This document shows positions 36,801 to 51,370 of a DNA stretch of 64,000 nt, in pieces. The position numbers and the translations under genes were made by a program. Every line of letters begins with the position of its first letter. Positions within the stretch are counted from its first letter, which is position 1. The notes beneath the pieces were generated by a model. The model saw nothing but the letters and a program-made list of their open reading frames with translations. It was not told the origin of the DNA and searched no databases. Source of the stretch: Octopus sinensis (taxonomy: Eukaryota); NCBI RefSeq assembly GCF_006345805.1, contig NC_043013.1, positions 17,980,001-18,044,000 of the forward strand, given 5' to 3'.

Positions 36801-37851
36801 GGATGGGAGACTAGGTCGACCTCGGCGGAATTTGAACTCAGAACGTAAAGCTCAGACGGACAAAATAATAATAATAATTATAATAATGAAATTATTGTAT
36901 ACAGTGCTCAGGTGCCGCTAAACATTTTGCTTTGCGTGCTAACCATTCTGACAGCTCGCAGGACCATATTGCGATATATTGGTACTCAATTATGAATGAA
37001 ACCCATTATATATTATCTAGAATCTCTCACACGTTACATCAGCTTATAAATAGACTCTTATTTACTAAGGCACCATTATCATAACAACCAGTTCTCCTTA
37101 ACACAGCAGCCAACATCTCTCAACACACTCCTTAACATATTTAAATGACGTAAATGTAATGAATTCTGAACTCCTAGGCTACAGTGGCCCACATCAATAA
37201 ACAAGGTGTACGTGTTCTTTATTCATCCTGAATGGACATTGTATATCTGGACAATTTTTCGGAGAAATTGTATAAGTGAAAGTATTTGGAAATTTCCGTA
37301 ACAATTTCAATATGTGCGATCACTGGCAGTCAAACCAATTCCGACTTATATTTACGAATAGTCACCCCACCACTCAGCTAAGTTATATAACGTGTCGTCC
37401 GTTTTTTTAAAAATAGTTTTTAGACATTATGATGTAGTTTAAGATAGATTTAGCTGCCATTTCTAGCAGGTCGAGAGAACATGTAAAGGTTTCATTTTCC
37501 TTGTCTCACCCCTGTGTGTGTTGAACCTGTTGATAGTTTGGTTAATACCGATCAAGCGGAGAAAACTACTCGACTATAAAGATTCTTGGCAAGACACACT
37601 CACACACATCCATCCCCGCTTCTCACTTTTTCTCTCTTCATGCTAACTCCGAACCATCTTATCTCTATCTATCTATCTATCTTTTTTTTTTTTAATTTTA
37701 TTTTATCCCCCCCTTTTTTGGTCCTCTTTCTTTCCATTTACGATCCCTTTTGATCGAAAACCAAACCCCCTTCTTTTACCCCCAAAAGAAAAGCTCTACC
37801 TTGTAATTTTGTCCTGTCTGTGTGCAGCCCTGTGTGGCTAATAAAGAAACA

Positions 37852-37854
<3 letters not shown>

Positions 37855-37939
<85 letters not shown>

Positions 37940-37964
37940 CATCCATCCATCCATCCATCCATCC

Positions 37965-38061
<97 letters not shown>

Positions 38062-38200
38062 GATAGATAGATAGATAGATAGCTATATAGATAGATAGAT
38101 AGCTATATAGATAGATAGATAGCTATATAGATAGATAGATAGCTATATAGATAAATAGATAGATAGATAGATAGATAGCTATGTAGATAGATAGATAGTA
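37855..38200. repeat. (CTAT)n tract switching to (ATAG)n at 38060/38061
   Basis: Direct reading; palindromic junction ...ATCT|AGAT.... Confidence 0.95.
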
Positions 38201-39644
38201 ACTAGCTAGCTAGTTACAAACGTATGTAGGAAGGTGTGTGTGTTAATTATATTGAAAGTCTTCTCTTGAGTTTCGCCCGGGCTGTGCCTGTTAGGTAGGG
38301 AGAGAGAGAGGGAGCTAGCAAGTGTGTGTTAATTATATTGAATATAATCAACACACACACCTACCTACATACGTTTGTAACTAGGTAGGTACCTACTTAC
38401 TAACGTACGTACGTACGTATGTATATATGTACGTAGGTGTGTTTCTGGGTTTTAATAATTATATTGAAAGTTTTCTCGAGTTTCGTCCGGGCTGGACCTG
38501 TTCACGACTACCCAACGTATTGAGCTTTATATCCTATAATCTTTGTACTTAAACCATACACACTGTAATCAAAACGAAGAACTGAGCGAAGCTGACAATT
38601 TTCCCCTTCTTTTAGAGTGGTGGTAGTGGTATTTATTCCAGCTGTATCATAGGAATCTTTATTCATATTACTCACAGTATCTTACATATCCTGTTGGTGG
38701 CTTTATATTGACTTGTATTTCAAAAATAGAAGTGGACGTGAACTCACAAAAATTTGGCACTTCTTTGACTGTAATCTCTGTCTAGCCATGCTGGATGATA
38801 CTTCTGATCCTCTCAAATGTTTGTTCCTTTAAACCAGTGGGCCTCAACTGTTTTTTTTTTTTTTACCTATACACCCTTTTGATTAGTATTTCACCCTGGT
38901 GGATTCCGATAGCCATTCGACGTTTAAAAACTAGTTTTATAGATTCTTTCAAAATTTCCTATTATGTTTGTCACATTTACTTGTGAAGGTTGAGGTATGT
39001 AAAACGTTAAGAAAGAAATGCTGCTCTTTCTTGTAATAAATACATCTCAAGCAAAAATTTTGGTTAATCTCTAGTTCAGGACACCTATTACACTATTTTA
39101 TTTTTTCATTTTTGTGACCGGGTCTTAAACTAGAGATTGACCAAATTTTTTCATAGACCCTTATGATACTTGTAGGAATACTGTGGATCCCAAATTTACT
39201 ATTTTGCTTGCGCGAATCCACCAAAAGTCCTCTATGGACCTCTGTTGAGAACCACGGATGTAAGAAGCTAACAAACCACGCTGTTCGCTCATCTCGCTAT
39301 CGCCAATACGAGCTAAGTCTTTAGTTGACAGAACTAAATTACAATGATATCCAGGGCAGTTTATAAACCCGGTACTTCTGTTCCAGGTTGTAGCCATACA
39401 ACTTGCAAGGAAGTCCATGGTACAGTTATTTGGAGCAGTGAAAGCATTCGAAGTTCACTGTCCGTAACAATTTCATGTAGATGTGCAATTCCGACTTATA
39501 TTTACGAATAGTCACCCCCACCACCCAGTGCGTAACTGTCCTCTTGGAAGGTTGTTTAACGTATCTCCTACGATACTCCTGTTCTGTTTCTGTTTAACAG
39601 AACTTTAGCCAACAGTCACCAAGTTTCTGAATATAACTATATAT

Positions 39645-39835
39645 TTCTTTACTGCCCACAAGGGGCTAAACACAGAGGGATCAAACAAGGACAGACTAAG
39701 GGATTAAGTCGATTATATCGACCTCAGTGCGTAACTGGTACTTTATTTATCGACCCCAAAAGGATGAAAGGCAAAGTCGACCTCGGCGAGGTTTGAACCT
39801 AGAACGTAACGCATTTCGCCTGGCGTGCTAACGTT
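39645..39835 (-). mobile_element. SINE family B (other degraded copies: 36720-36850 -, 40383-40580 +, 50950-51175 +, 55652-55870 +)
   Basis: TTTCTTTACTGCCCACAAGGGGCTAAACACAGAGG...GGCAAAGTCGACCTCGGCG. Confidence 0.8.
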
Positions 39836-42076
39836 TCTAAATATATGGTGTGGAAACACACACACACAATTTGAATATAAAAAGGTGCGCCACGCCATGG
39901 AGAGAAAACAAAGGGAGGAGGGAAAGAAAAAGAGGTTTCTTTGAAAGGGTTCAGAATTTCTTTTCATTTTCTCACTGCATTCTGTTTTTAATTCGGCTTA
40001 AGTGCATAATTCAGTTAATTGCAAATCTCGTTTGTTTTTCCATCACATCTATGTAAAATGGATCGGTTAATTGTATATGTAAATAAATTCAATTTAAATT
40101 AATAAAATTTTGTTCTGATTTTCCATTGGAGAAATGTAGTTTAAAAGTGAGTTTATTTGATTTATGTAAATAAAATAATTTTGGGTAAATTTTCAGATTA
40201 ACAAAATTTACCGCAGTATCAAATGTATTTACAGTATTTTTTTTCCATATCAAGGAATTAAATTTTTATAAACTTTCAGTTCCTGTGTAATTTTATTTTT
40301 TTAACACATTTCTTCAATAAATAAAGGTTCATTGTTCAACTGCATCAACTTAGCTGATGAATGTTTATTATTAGCCATTTAAAGAGGCGAACTAACATAA
40401 TTGTTAGCATGCCGGAGAAAATGCTTAGCGACATTTTGTCCGTATTTATGTTCTGGGTTCAAATTCCTCCAAGACCTTTCAGGGTCGATAAAATAAGCAT
40501 CAGTAGAGCACAGGCATTGATGTAATCAACTAACCCCTCTCCCGAAATGGCTGGCCTTGTGACAAAATTTAAGATCCTCAATTAGCCTTTTGATATAATA
40601 ATCTGTGTCATTTCTAGAATCTTAGGTTAGGTTAATGATTCATGGTTTTCATTTTCAAAATATTTTTCCTGTTTCTTTTTTGCATATTTCGGTTGAAATA
40701 TATCAAAAGCTCACATTTTATTAGCCTAACCTATCACGTGGCTTTCATTTCACTAAAACCTCATTCGCAGATTGTTGAAGTTCTAGGAACTGTTAATAAA
40801 AACGAAAGTATCTAGAAAATATTGCGCGTATTAACACCATTTGCATCATATGGTATTCGTTGTTAATACATACACTAATATGTTTTGTATCTGACGATAT
40901 TTGATATGCATATCGCTGAATAAAACATAAAAGTTTTTAACTCGTAGCAATGACATTATTTGCGTAAGTTGCACTTCAAGTGAATGAACTCTCAGTTAAT
41001 GACCCAGAAATGTCAAAGGCATGACTGCTGCTTTGAAAGAAAAGATTCTTCAGGATAATAACAGTAAAAAGCAAATTACAGACTTCTGCTTAACTTAGGT
41101 AGGTATGATGGCCATATGGAAAGTCTTGGCATTGGGGCTAAACCTCTGAAATTTGAAACTAAGAATTTTATCTGTGATAATGTTATTAATTTCCTCTCAA
41201 AAATAAATGGTGCTTGCTGAAAGGGCCAGGCTCTTATCACCAGACCAAAGTATGACTGAATCTATTCAAGGTTATCTTTCAAAGATTATGTGACTCAAAT
41301 CATTCTTGAGAATTTAATAAAAATGGAGCTAAAGAACAGTGCAGAATACGATGTTCAAAACGGTACTCAAAGATGGTATGCAGTTATCTTTGCAATATGG
41401 TATTTCAGTCAGATGATTTGAAACTTAACGCATCTGTTGTGTTATATTTTACATGTTGAATAATCAGTAGAAGAAAGAATTACCTTCAACAGTGTTTATT
41501 TATAATACTAAACGTTTTTAATTTACATTATGTACAATTTATTAGTTATGTCTGTGAATCAAGAAATGATGAAATTATCAAATGATGAGAGCTGAAACAT
41601 ATCTCATATCAATTAGAAGATAGTTGGTGGTTACAACAGGAATAATTTCTTAGAGAGAATGTTGAGGAATGAAAATTATCTTATCAAAACAGATCTAAAA
41701 ACACGGTTGTCACCTTCAGTGTGTAAAGTCCCCCAGGAGCTCTAAACCCCAAGTTTTCATATGTCTCTCAAAACATTCTAGAATCTTCCGTAAGTTCTTT
41801 AGTCATGAAAATTAAACTTTTCTTTTTTGTCTGTCAGCATCTATTAGAAACTTATGTTACAGATAATTGGTTGGATATTACCAAAAACGTGTATTAACAG
41901 TATTGCAAACATACAGATATGGCTGTGTGGTAAAGAAGCTTTCTTCCCTACCACATGGTTCCAGGTTCAGTCCCACTGTGTGGCACCTTGGGCAAGTGTC
42001 CTCTACTATAGCCTCAGGCCAACCAAAGCCTTGTGAGCAGATGTGGTAGATGGAAACTGAAAGAAGCCTGTTGTGA

Positions 42077-42119
<43 letters not shown>

Positions 42120-42389
42120 CATGCATATATGTACATACCTACATATATATATGTATACATACATGCATATATGTACATACCTACATATATATGTATATAT
42201 ACATGCATATATGGGTACAGGACATAAAAAAAACGTTGAACACAAGGAGAAACGAAAACAAAAACAAAAACATCGAAAACGAACTTTTTTTCGAACAACA
42301 AAAAAACCAAACGGAGAAATGAGACATGAAACATAAAGAATATTCCCCTTCTTCAGTTGTCCCTGTTTCATCTACTCCACGTTTCGAAG

Positions 42390-42765
42390 GTAAGTCCCTG
42401 GTGGACTCCTACTTGTATGTTAAACTCATCACTGGTCGACTCTCACCCTACTGACAGCACTGTGCTACACATAGCTTGTGCATCTCTAACAAGCTACTCA
42501 TCTACTCCTTACTTCCTTAGAGACCACCAGATAACAGAGTGAGGGACTCTATCTCCTGGTTGACGAAAGCCAAGTACAATGGCCTACTTTTGGCCAGCTG
42601 TCTCACTTGGAAGATGGCATCTGTGGTACTCTTCGCCTGTACAAAACTAAATTGCTTTTCATCTAGTTTAATTATATTCCTAATTAGTTGAGCTTTCATG
42701 ACCTGGTTTAGCAATTTTATACCTCTGTAGTTGTTTCTAGGTAAGGCATCACCCTTGTAGCAGCT
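42390..42765 (-). mobile_element. Decayed RTE RT fragment, antisense, fused to a sense RTE tail (42768-42930)
   Basis: The - strand reads CYKGDALPRNNYRGIKLLNQVMKAQLIRN...STTDAIFQVRQL...LYLAFV...QVGVHQG. Confidence 0.8.
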
Positions 42766-43572
42766 AGTCCACTCTGTTGAGTGGTTAGTGTTAGGAAGGG
42801 CATCCAGGTGCAAAAACCAAGCCAAAAACAGGCAGCAAAGCATGGTGCAGTACTTTGCCTAGCCAACTCTTGTCAAACCATCCAACCATACCAGTATGGA
42901 AAGTGAACATTAAATGATGATGATGATGATATATATGTATATATATCTATGTGTGTGTTTCTTTGTGTCTGTGTTTGTCTCCCACCACTGCCTGACAACT
43001 GGTATTGGTCTGTTTACATCCACATGACTTAGCGGTTCAGCAAAAGAGGCTGATAGAATGAATACTAGGCTTTAAAAGAAATATGTCCTAGGGTCAATTT
43101 GCTTGACAAAAAACCCTTCAGTGTGGTGCTCCAGCATGGCCACAGTCAAAGTGACTGAAACAAGTAAAAGTAAAACATAAAAGATACAATATACACAATA
43201 AAATAAGCTGTATATTGTCTTAAACACTTTTTGTCATTAAATATGGTTTTTAAATGCCTGATTTTATTGCTATTTTTTCTCAAAAATATTTTGTGTATCA
43301 TTTGAGAACCAGATAATGTTTATTACCTTCTTAGTAAGTTTAAACTTCATGAATTTTGGAATGCTTCTTTGCCTGCAGTAATACCTCTAGTCACTACTAC
43401 TACTACTAATAATAATAATAATGATAATAATATTCAGTTGCAGTTTTGGATTTCAGACTTAAAAGTTCCCAGTTTGACATGAAGGCAGTTTGTCTGCTAC
43501 TCATGTATTGAATTTGTATTTAATAGCTTAAAATGATTTCCATATTTTAAACAATTGGAATAGAAAGTATAT

Positions 43573-43803
43573 ATTTCTTTACCACCCACAAGGGGCTAAA
43601 CACCGAGGGGACAAACAAGGACAGACAAACGGATTAAGTCGATTATATCGACCCCAGTGTGTAACTGGTACTTAATTTATCGACCCTGAAAGGATGAAAG
43701 GCAAAGTTGACCTCGGCGGAATTTGAACTCGGAATGTAACGACAGACGAAATACGGCTACGCATTTCGCCCGGAGTGCTAATGTTTCTGCCAGCTCGCCG
43801 CCT
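43573..43803 (-). mobile_element. SINE family B, full length
   Basis: Head GGCGGCGAGCTGGCAGAAAC on -, complete body. Confidence 0.9.
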
Positions 43804-44184
43804 ATGAAATAGAAATTATAGAAAGAGAGAATGGTTTCGATGACACCATTGTGTTACATGTTGATAGAAACAAGTCTATTAAAGTATTATGTAAGTTAAA
43901 CTTGTGCATTCATGCGGAACAACACATTAAGAAGGAAATAAGAGACGCATTGCAAAATTCACTAATAATGCTTACTAAGAAAAATAAAAACAGAAGAACC
44001 TCCCTCATTCTTGAATGACAAGCAAAATATTTTTGTAACAATATACCAGTCATATGACGTATTTAAAACAGTATTTAAAGTGTCAAGAAGTATCTAGGAA
44101 AACTTGAGGCTTATTTTTAACATGAGTAGTGAGTGTTTGGTACATTGTTAATACATATTTTTCTATGTGAAGAATCATTGTCAT

Positions 44185-44400
44185 CATCAATTAAGATCTG
44201 TTTTCCATACTGGCATGGGTTGGATGGTTTGACAAGGGCTGACCAGGCAGAAGACTGCTCCAGGCTTCACTGTCTGTTTTGGCAGGGTTTTTACAGCTGA
44301 ATGCCCTTCCTAATACCAACCACCTTACACAGTGGACAAAGTGCTTTTCACATGGCATCAGCACCAGTGAAGCCTGTTTTGGCATGGTTTTTACAACTGG
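44185..44400 (-). mobile_element. RTE 3' tail (other tails: 46128-46268 +, 54345-54500 -, 56632-56818 -)
   Basis: TTTTCCATACTGGCATGGGTTGGATGGTTTGAC...GAATGCCCTTCCTAATACCAACC. Confidence 0.75.
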
Positions 44401-46278
44401 ACGCCCTTCCAAACACCAGCCACTTTACAGTGGATTGGATGCCTCGGCACTGGTAAGGTCACCAAGTAACTTGCAAGACAAAGATTGTTTGAGAGGGGTG
44501 GCCTTGTGCTAGGTGATGAGCAGTTAGAGTGTGACTGAGGGATAGAAACAGGTGTCTTGCCGTAGAGGAGATATGTGGTTACCCAGCCAAAGAGAGATCA
44601 AGAATGAGGACAGAAATCGGTCTGTTGCTGTAGAGGAGATACATGGAATATTTGCACAATATTAATATTAATATTTAGTGGAAGACAGGAAAAATTGTTT
44701 ATTGTTCTATTCTTTAAGTGAGGTTCATGAGTTTGAAATGTGTATTTGTTATTTGTGAAAGGAGTGTATATATTTTGAATGGGGTTGAAAGACATCCATA
44801 ATAATAAGCACGAAATTGTCCATCTGTTTGAGACTTCTGTGTCTCAGTCTAAATTTGCTCTTCATAGACATGTAGGCGCGGGCATGGCTGTGTGGTTAGG
44901 GAGCTTGCTTCTTAGCTACATGGTTTCGGGTTCAGTCCCACTGCGTGGCACTTTGGGTAGGTGTCTTCCACTACAGCCCCGAGCTGACCGAAGCTTTGTG
45001 ATTGAATTCGGCAGGCGGAAGTTACTGCCGTGTGTGTATATGTGCGTGTAGGTGCTTGTGCCTCTCCGAAAGAGAGAGAGAGACATATACCTTTTTAGAA
45101 TCAGGATGATCCCAAGATTGATAATCTGATCTGTCCTTCAATTGGTTCTTGAAGATGCAGCATTGGGATCACGCCTGGATGAGGACTTGCTATAAGCTAA
45201 CAGTTGAAAATTCAAATTTTAAAAGAACTCAAAAAATTTGTTAACTGACAAGTTTTTCATTTAAACTGAATTTAAAGTAATACCATATTGGTAGGGTACC
45301 AATATATGCTTTATTATCTTTAGTTTCAGGCCGCAAGCCCACTTAACCCTGTGCAGGAGCTAGCCTAAAAGTCCACATGGAGTGTGCCTTTTAAGTTTGG
45401 GATTTATAAATGTGTAAATGGAATTCAGTAAGAAATACATGCACTTATTGATCATGTTATTGAGAAATTATCTTTGAAACCATGAAATGCCTTAATTAGT
45501 GACATTTGTGTTATGATTTGTGTGGGTCTCTCTTTTAAGCTGCCATCATTAAATTTGCAATAAATCTTTAATTCCAAGATTTTATAATAGTCAGAATCTT
45601 CAAAAGGTTGTTGGTAAGCAACCACCGAGATTAAAGAAATGAACTTTATAGTATAATTTCAATAATTAGCTACCTAGAAGAAAAGGTGTTCATATGACTA
45701 ATACTAATTCAATGCCAAAGGCAGGTCAGGTGATCAATAACATTTTAATGCTAAGAGAGCCGAACAAAGTAGACTGACTGCTGATGATTGCTAATATGTT
45801 AATGTATGTTAATGAATGTGTGCATGAAATAGAAAAGGGAAGGCATGGGAAATCATAACGAGTATTATGCTACTACAATCATTGTCTTTCCATAGGATCA
45901 GCCCAATGGATTTATGGTATGGAAGTTGTACATGTGAAATGGTGAATGCAAAGTCAACTTTTTAACATAGCAAATTGGTCATTGGACATCACTCTCCCTC
46001 TCTCTCTTTCCCTCTCTCTCCCTCTCTCTCTTCCTCTTTCACCCAGTAACCATGTATCACCTCTACAGCAAAGCTTCTTTGTATTGCAATTTACTCGGTG
46101 ATCCTGCCAGTGCTGATGCCACATAAGAAGTGGTTGGCATTTGGAAGGGCATTCAACTGTAAAAGACCATGCCAAACCAGACAGCAAAGCATGGTGCAGT
46201 CTTCTGCCTAGCCAGCTCCTGTCATCCAACCCATGCCAGCATGGAAAGCGGATGCTAAATGATGATGAATATATATAT

Positions 46279-46697
46279 ACTCTTTTACTCTTTTACTTGT
46301 TTCAGTCATTTGACTGCGGCCATGCTGGAGCACCACCTTTAATCGAGCAACTCGACCCCGGGACTTATTCTTTTGTAAGCCCAGTACTTATTCTATCAGT
46401 CTCTTTTGCCGAACTGCTAAGTAACGGGGACGTAAACACACCAGCATCGGTTGTCAAGCAATGCTAGGGGGACAAACACAGACATACAAACATATACGCA
46501 CACACACATATACATATATATATATACATATATACGACGGGCTTCTTTCAGTTTCTGTCTACCAAATCCACTCACAAGGCATTGGTTGGCCCGGGGCTAT
46601 AGCAGAAGACACTTGCCCAAGGTGCCATGCAGTGGGACTGAACCCGGAACCATGTGGTTGGTTAGCAAGCTACTTACCACACAGCCACTCCTGCGCC
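46279..46697 (-). mobile_element. SINE family A, near full length
   Basis: Same consensus as 31096-31560. Confidence 0.9.
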
Positions 46698-47032
46698 TAT
46701 ATATATACACACGAAAGTCATCTAAAGATCCATAAGTCAGGGAAATGATGCACTTGTATATCTGTCAATAGAGTGGAAGTATTATCTGAAGTGTACAGTA
46801 TGAAATATGGTGACTGGTCTCTATTGTTGCCATATTTCATTCCACATCAGCTACCTCTGATGAGCGTAGAGTTGTATAATTAGATTGTTATCTAACACTC
46901 CAGTGTACCCCTAGTGCAAAACCAATTGGTAAGATCAGCCATGATGAGTATATAATGGTGTACACTTAAGATAATTAATATATATATACATACATACAGA
47001 CAGACAGATGTATGCATACATTCATTTATTTG

Positions 47033-47528
<496 letters not shown>

Positions 47529-48238
47529 ATATATACACACATACATACATATTCTACACACATAATCATACACATGAACACACAAGCATATGTATACATG
47601 AAGATTTTATCTAAGTGACCTACTTAGCTCTTTGTATATTAGGTGACCTAATTATCTTTAAACATAAATTTACTTGATTAATGGTGACTTTTTTTTTAAA
47701 TAAACAAAAGCAAGTTTATTCTCAAGCACAATTCTTTACATGATTTCTGTGAGTGTTGGTGGAAAGGGAGGAGTTTATCCCAAACTAGAGACCAGGTCTT
47801 GCAACAGAACAGGTTCTAGAAAGGTAACCAAGAACCAGGTAGTTGGTGATGGTGGTATTTGTAGGGATATTGTTGGTGGTGATGTGGTGGTGTTTGTGGT
47901 GTTGTTGGCAGTACTGGTGGTAAGGGTCATGGTGGTGGTAGTGGTGTGAGTGATGGTAGTATGAGTAGTGGTGTCAGTGTGAGTAATGGTAGTATGGGTG
48001 ATGGTGGTGTCAGTGTGAGTGGTGATATTAGTGGTGTTTTAGTGTTATTGGCTGCTGGTGTTTCTGGCGGTGGTCATTATTTTTACCTTTTAGGCTTTTA
48101 CGTATATTTTTTACATAGATTATTTTTGTTTTTTTTTACATGTTTTTTTCTTTGCTTTTTAAAATATCTTTGTGTAGTACTTTTTCTTTTTTTTTGGCAA
48201 ATATTTTTCATAACTTTTACATATTTTTGTTCTATAGA

Positions 48239-48349
48239 ATGGCTACTATTCCAAACCAGAGAATCAAACAGATGAAAGATGACCATCTCTTCCATATTGG
48301 GATAAATGTCCCTAAAGATGATGTCTCTAAATTATTTGGAGATGTTAAG
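48239..48349 (+). CDS. Uridine phosphorylase (UPP1/UPP2-like), first identified coding exon
   Basis: tctatag|A ATG: MATIPNQRIKQMKDDHLFHIGINVPKDDVSKLFGDVK, aligning to the MKEDILYH...LFGDVK motif of vertebrate UPP; donor gtaaag. The acceptor just before the ATG implies an upstream exon. Confidence 0.9.
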
Positions 48350-49677
48350 GTAAAGCTGTGTTAAATTAAAAATATAGTATGTCAAGTACTTAAATATTAC
48401 ACCACAAAGATTAAAATATGTAACAGTTTTAAATGAAAATATTACATTTTTAATATTACATCAGATTTTAAAATATTACATCAACCATTAAAATATTGCA
48501 TCAGACACTAAAATAGTACATCAGACTTTTAAATATTTCATCAATCATTTTAATATTGTACTAGGCATTAACCTGCTTCTTGTATGGTGTATTTGTTTGA
48601 TATTCCTTCCAGTTGAAAATATGTTTTCAACTGGAAGGAATATCACACACACTCACGCATGCATATACATACTCACACACATGCACACACACATATATGA
48701 GTGTTTGGATGTGCACATGCACACTCATACAGTCATACACTTTCATACATATACACACATGCATATATGTCATGGAAAAACCAAAAACTTTGATGAGTTG
48801 AACATTAGTGCAGACTCAGTGTGTGTGTGTGTGTTTATACATGTTCTGCTTGCTGTTTTAACACTGGTAGGTCACTTGCAAAATGCTATTGGTAACATGT
48901 AACCTAGTAGAACCTGTCACATGGATGGGGTCATTGGTGGCTAAATTGGCAACCCTACTGAGCTTGCTTGGTGAGGAGGGTGATTGTTAGACACCCCAAG
49001 GGACAAAAAGTAAAACCTATCTAAAGGTGGAGGAATTCATGAGAGTCAACAACCATTCAGCAATGTGTACATTATGTATGGGATATTTGTGTGTATGTGT
49101 TTTGTGTGTGTGTGTGTGTGTGTATGTGTGTGTATGTGTGTGTGTTTATATATATATATTGTATATGTTTCAGCATCTTTTTATATTTGTATTTTTATAT
49201 TCTTATTTTTCCATTCTCTTACATTCCTTCCTTTTTTTTTTCTTGGCTCATACACACAGGAGTGTGAAAGGTTAAGGGTGTAAACTCCTACAGAAATTCT
49301 GGAGGGAGGGCTCCTAAGGCAGTTGGTGGGGAGGACTGAGCCAAACCATCTTCTGGCAGCCTTTGGTATGGAGAGAAACTTCCTTTGACCAGGTCTCCAA
49401 GTGATAGGTTATCTGTGAATATAAAAATAAACAGTCCTGGGCCAAACATACCCAGAAGAGTAAACCTCAATGATTAAAAGATCCAGCCTTGAATTGCGAG
49501 AGGTTGGTTTTTGGTGGATGTAAGCTTCAACAAACTGATTCATTGGATCCATTCAATTTCTGCCTCACCAAAGGGAGATCCTGTCTCTACTAATGAGAAA
49601 ATGCAATGTACATGAGGAGTGTGTGACCCCTGTTAGTATTAGAAAGGACAAAATCTGACCTGGGTTGGAACCCAGCC

Positions 49678-49712
<35 letters not shown>

Positions 49713-50011
49713 TTTACATTATCATTAGTTTTGTACATTTTTGGCCAAGAATAATTTGCATAATTAAATGTAAATGGAGCTAAGGGGAAATAACTGAAAG
49801 AGACCCATGGCACGAATTTGTTTTACTAAATTAAGGTTTACCAAATGTTGCACACTATATATTCTTAATTCATTAAAATCACCCTTTACCAGCCCATCTA
49901 TGCCTACCCTTTTCTCTGGTTTCTTTGGCTGAGTTTTTTAGGGTACTGGATGAGTAGGATCACTTGTGATGAGTAGTTCCTTATGACTCTCTTCTGATGA
50001 AATGTAGCTGT

Positions 50012-50049
<38 letters not shown>

Positions 50050-50129
50050 TAGTGAGAGAGAGAGAGAGAAGCAAAAAAAAGAGAAGGAAGGAGAGATAGC
50101 TTGAGTGTTAGAGAGAAGGAGAGTGGAGA

Positions 50130-50746
50130 ATTAACCCCTTGGACAAAGCATATCTCTAAAATTGTCAAGAAGGCCGAGGGTGTCTTGGCATCACTCAGCA
50201 AGACTTTTGTTAGCCGCTCTCCAGCCATCTATTTAAAACTGTATACAGCTATGGTACGACCACACTTGGAATTCGCATCATCAGTTTGGAATCCCTATCT
50301 TGCTCAGAACATTGACCTCCTGGAATCTGTCCAGAGATGTGCAACCAAACGCATACCCTCCATCAGACACCTACCATATTTTGAGCGCCTTGTTTCCCTG
50401 GGCATGGATTCACTGAAGCTCCGGCGTCTGGCGACGGACTTGGTAAACACCCACAATGTTATCAACCACCTCACCAACAACAACACTGAACACCTTTTTG
50501 ATCTCCATGTGTCTAACACACGTGGACATGCCTACAAAGTCAGAAAACAACACAGCTCCCATGACTTTCGGAAACATTTTTTCACGCTCAGAGTTGCTGA
50601 AGCATGGAATAAACTGCCTGCGTCAGTTGTTGACTGCCATGACACTGCATCCTTTAAGGCCCTCATGCTTTCCGAAATCTGCCAAAACTACACCTAATTA
50701 TATATACACTTTAGATGAGTTGTGGTGCACCTGAGCACTGTACACA

Positions 50747-50782
<36 letters not shown>

Positions 50783-50785
50783 TTA
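50130..50785 (+). mobile_element. CR1-clade LINE 3' end in UPP intron
   Basis: LYTAMVRPHLEFASSVWNP, LESVQRCATK, RRLATDL, TRGHAYK, FFTLRVAEAWNKLP; (TTA)n tail at 50748-50784. Confidence 0.9.
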
Positions 50786-51217
50786 ATAGTACTTTATTTA
50801 TCAACCCCTTGGTAGAGTTAAAAAGCAAAGTTGGCTTTAGTGGTATTTGAACTCACAATGTAAAGAGCCACTACAATTACTGCTAGTCATTTTGTTACCG
50901 TGTTCTAATGAATCTTGTTATTAACTGATCATTATTAATGTTCACTTTAAGACAGTGAGCCGGCAGAATCGTTAGCACACGGGCAAAATGCTTAGTGGTA
51001 TTTTGTCTGCTACTTAGCGGTATTTCGTCTGCCATTACATTATGAGTTCTGCTGAGGTTGACTTTGCCTTTCATCCTTTCAAGGTTGATTAAATAAGTAC
51101 CAGTTACACATTGGGGTTGATGTAATCGACTTAATCCCCCCCCCCAAGCTGCCCTTGTGGAAAAAATTTGAAATCATTATTAATGTTGACTTTTTCTGGT
51201 GATATTTCTCTTTACAG

Positions 51218-51370
51218 TTTGTCTGTATGGGTGGCTCAGCAAAGAGGATGGCTGCCTATGCTCGTCTTATGGAAGAACGACTTACTGCAGAAGGCCAGGA
51301 ACCTTACAACTATGCTCAGAGTACTGACCGTTATGTACTCTACAAGGTCGGCCAAGTCCTCTTTGTTAAT
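51218..51370 (+). CDS. Uridine phosphorylase exon
   Basis: FVCMGGSAKRMAAYARLMEERLTAEGQEPYNYAQSTDRYVLYKVGQVLFVN; tacag/gtaagt; GGSxxR and TDRY motifs. Confidence 0.95.

Noticed and set aside
46770-46900. Hammerhead candidate around CTGAAGT...GAAATATGG...CCATATTTC and CTGATGAGCG
   Set aside because: The first core lacks A9 and a convincing stem I; the second has no downstream GAAA closing stem II. At most a decayed repeat.
49280-49710. Possible LINE 3' fragment ending in (TAA)n
   Set aside because: No recognisable protein motif could be read, so it was left unclassified.
50101-50697. 198-aa ORF as a nested host gene
   Set aside because: It is the C-terminal part of a CR1-type ORF2 with a (TTA)n tail and no genuine start.
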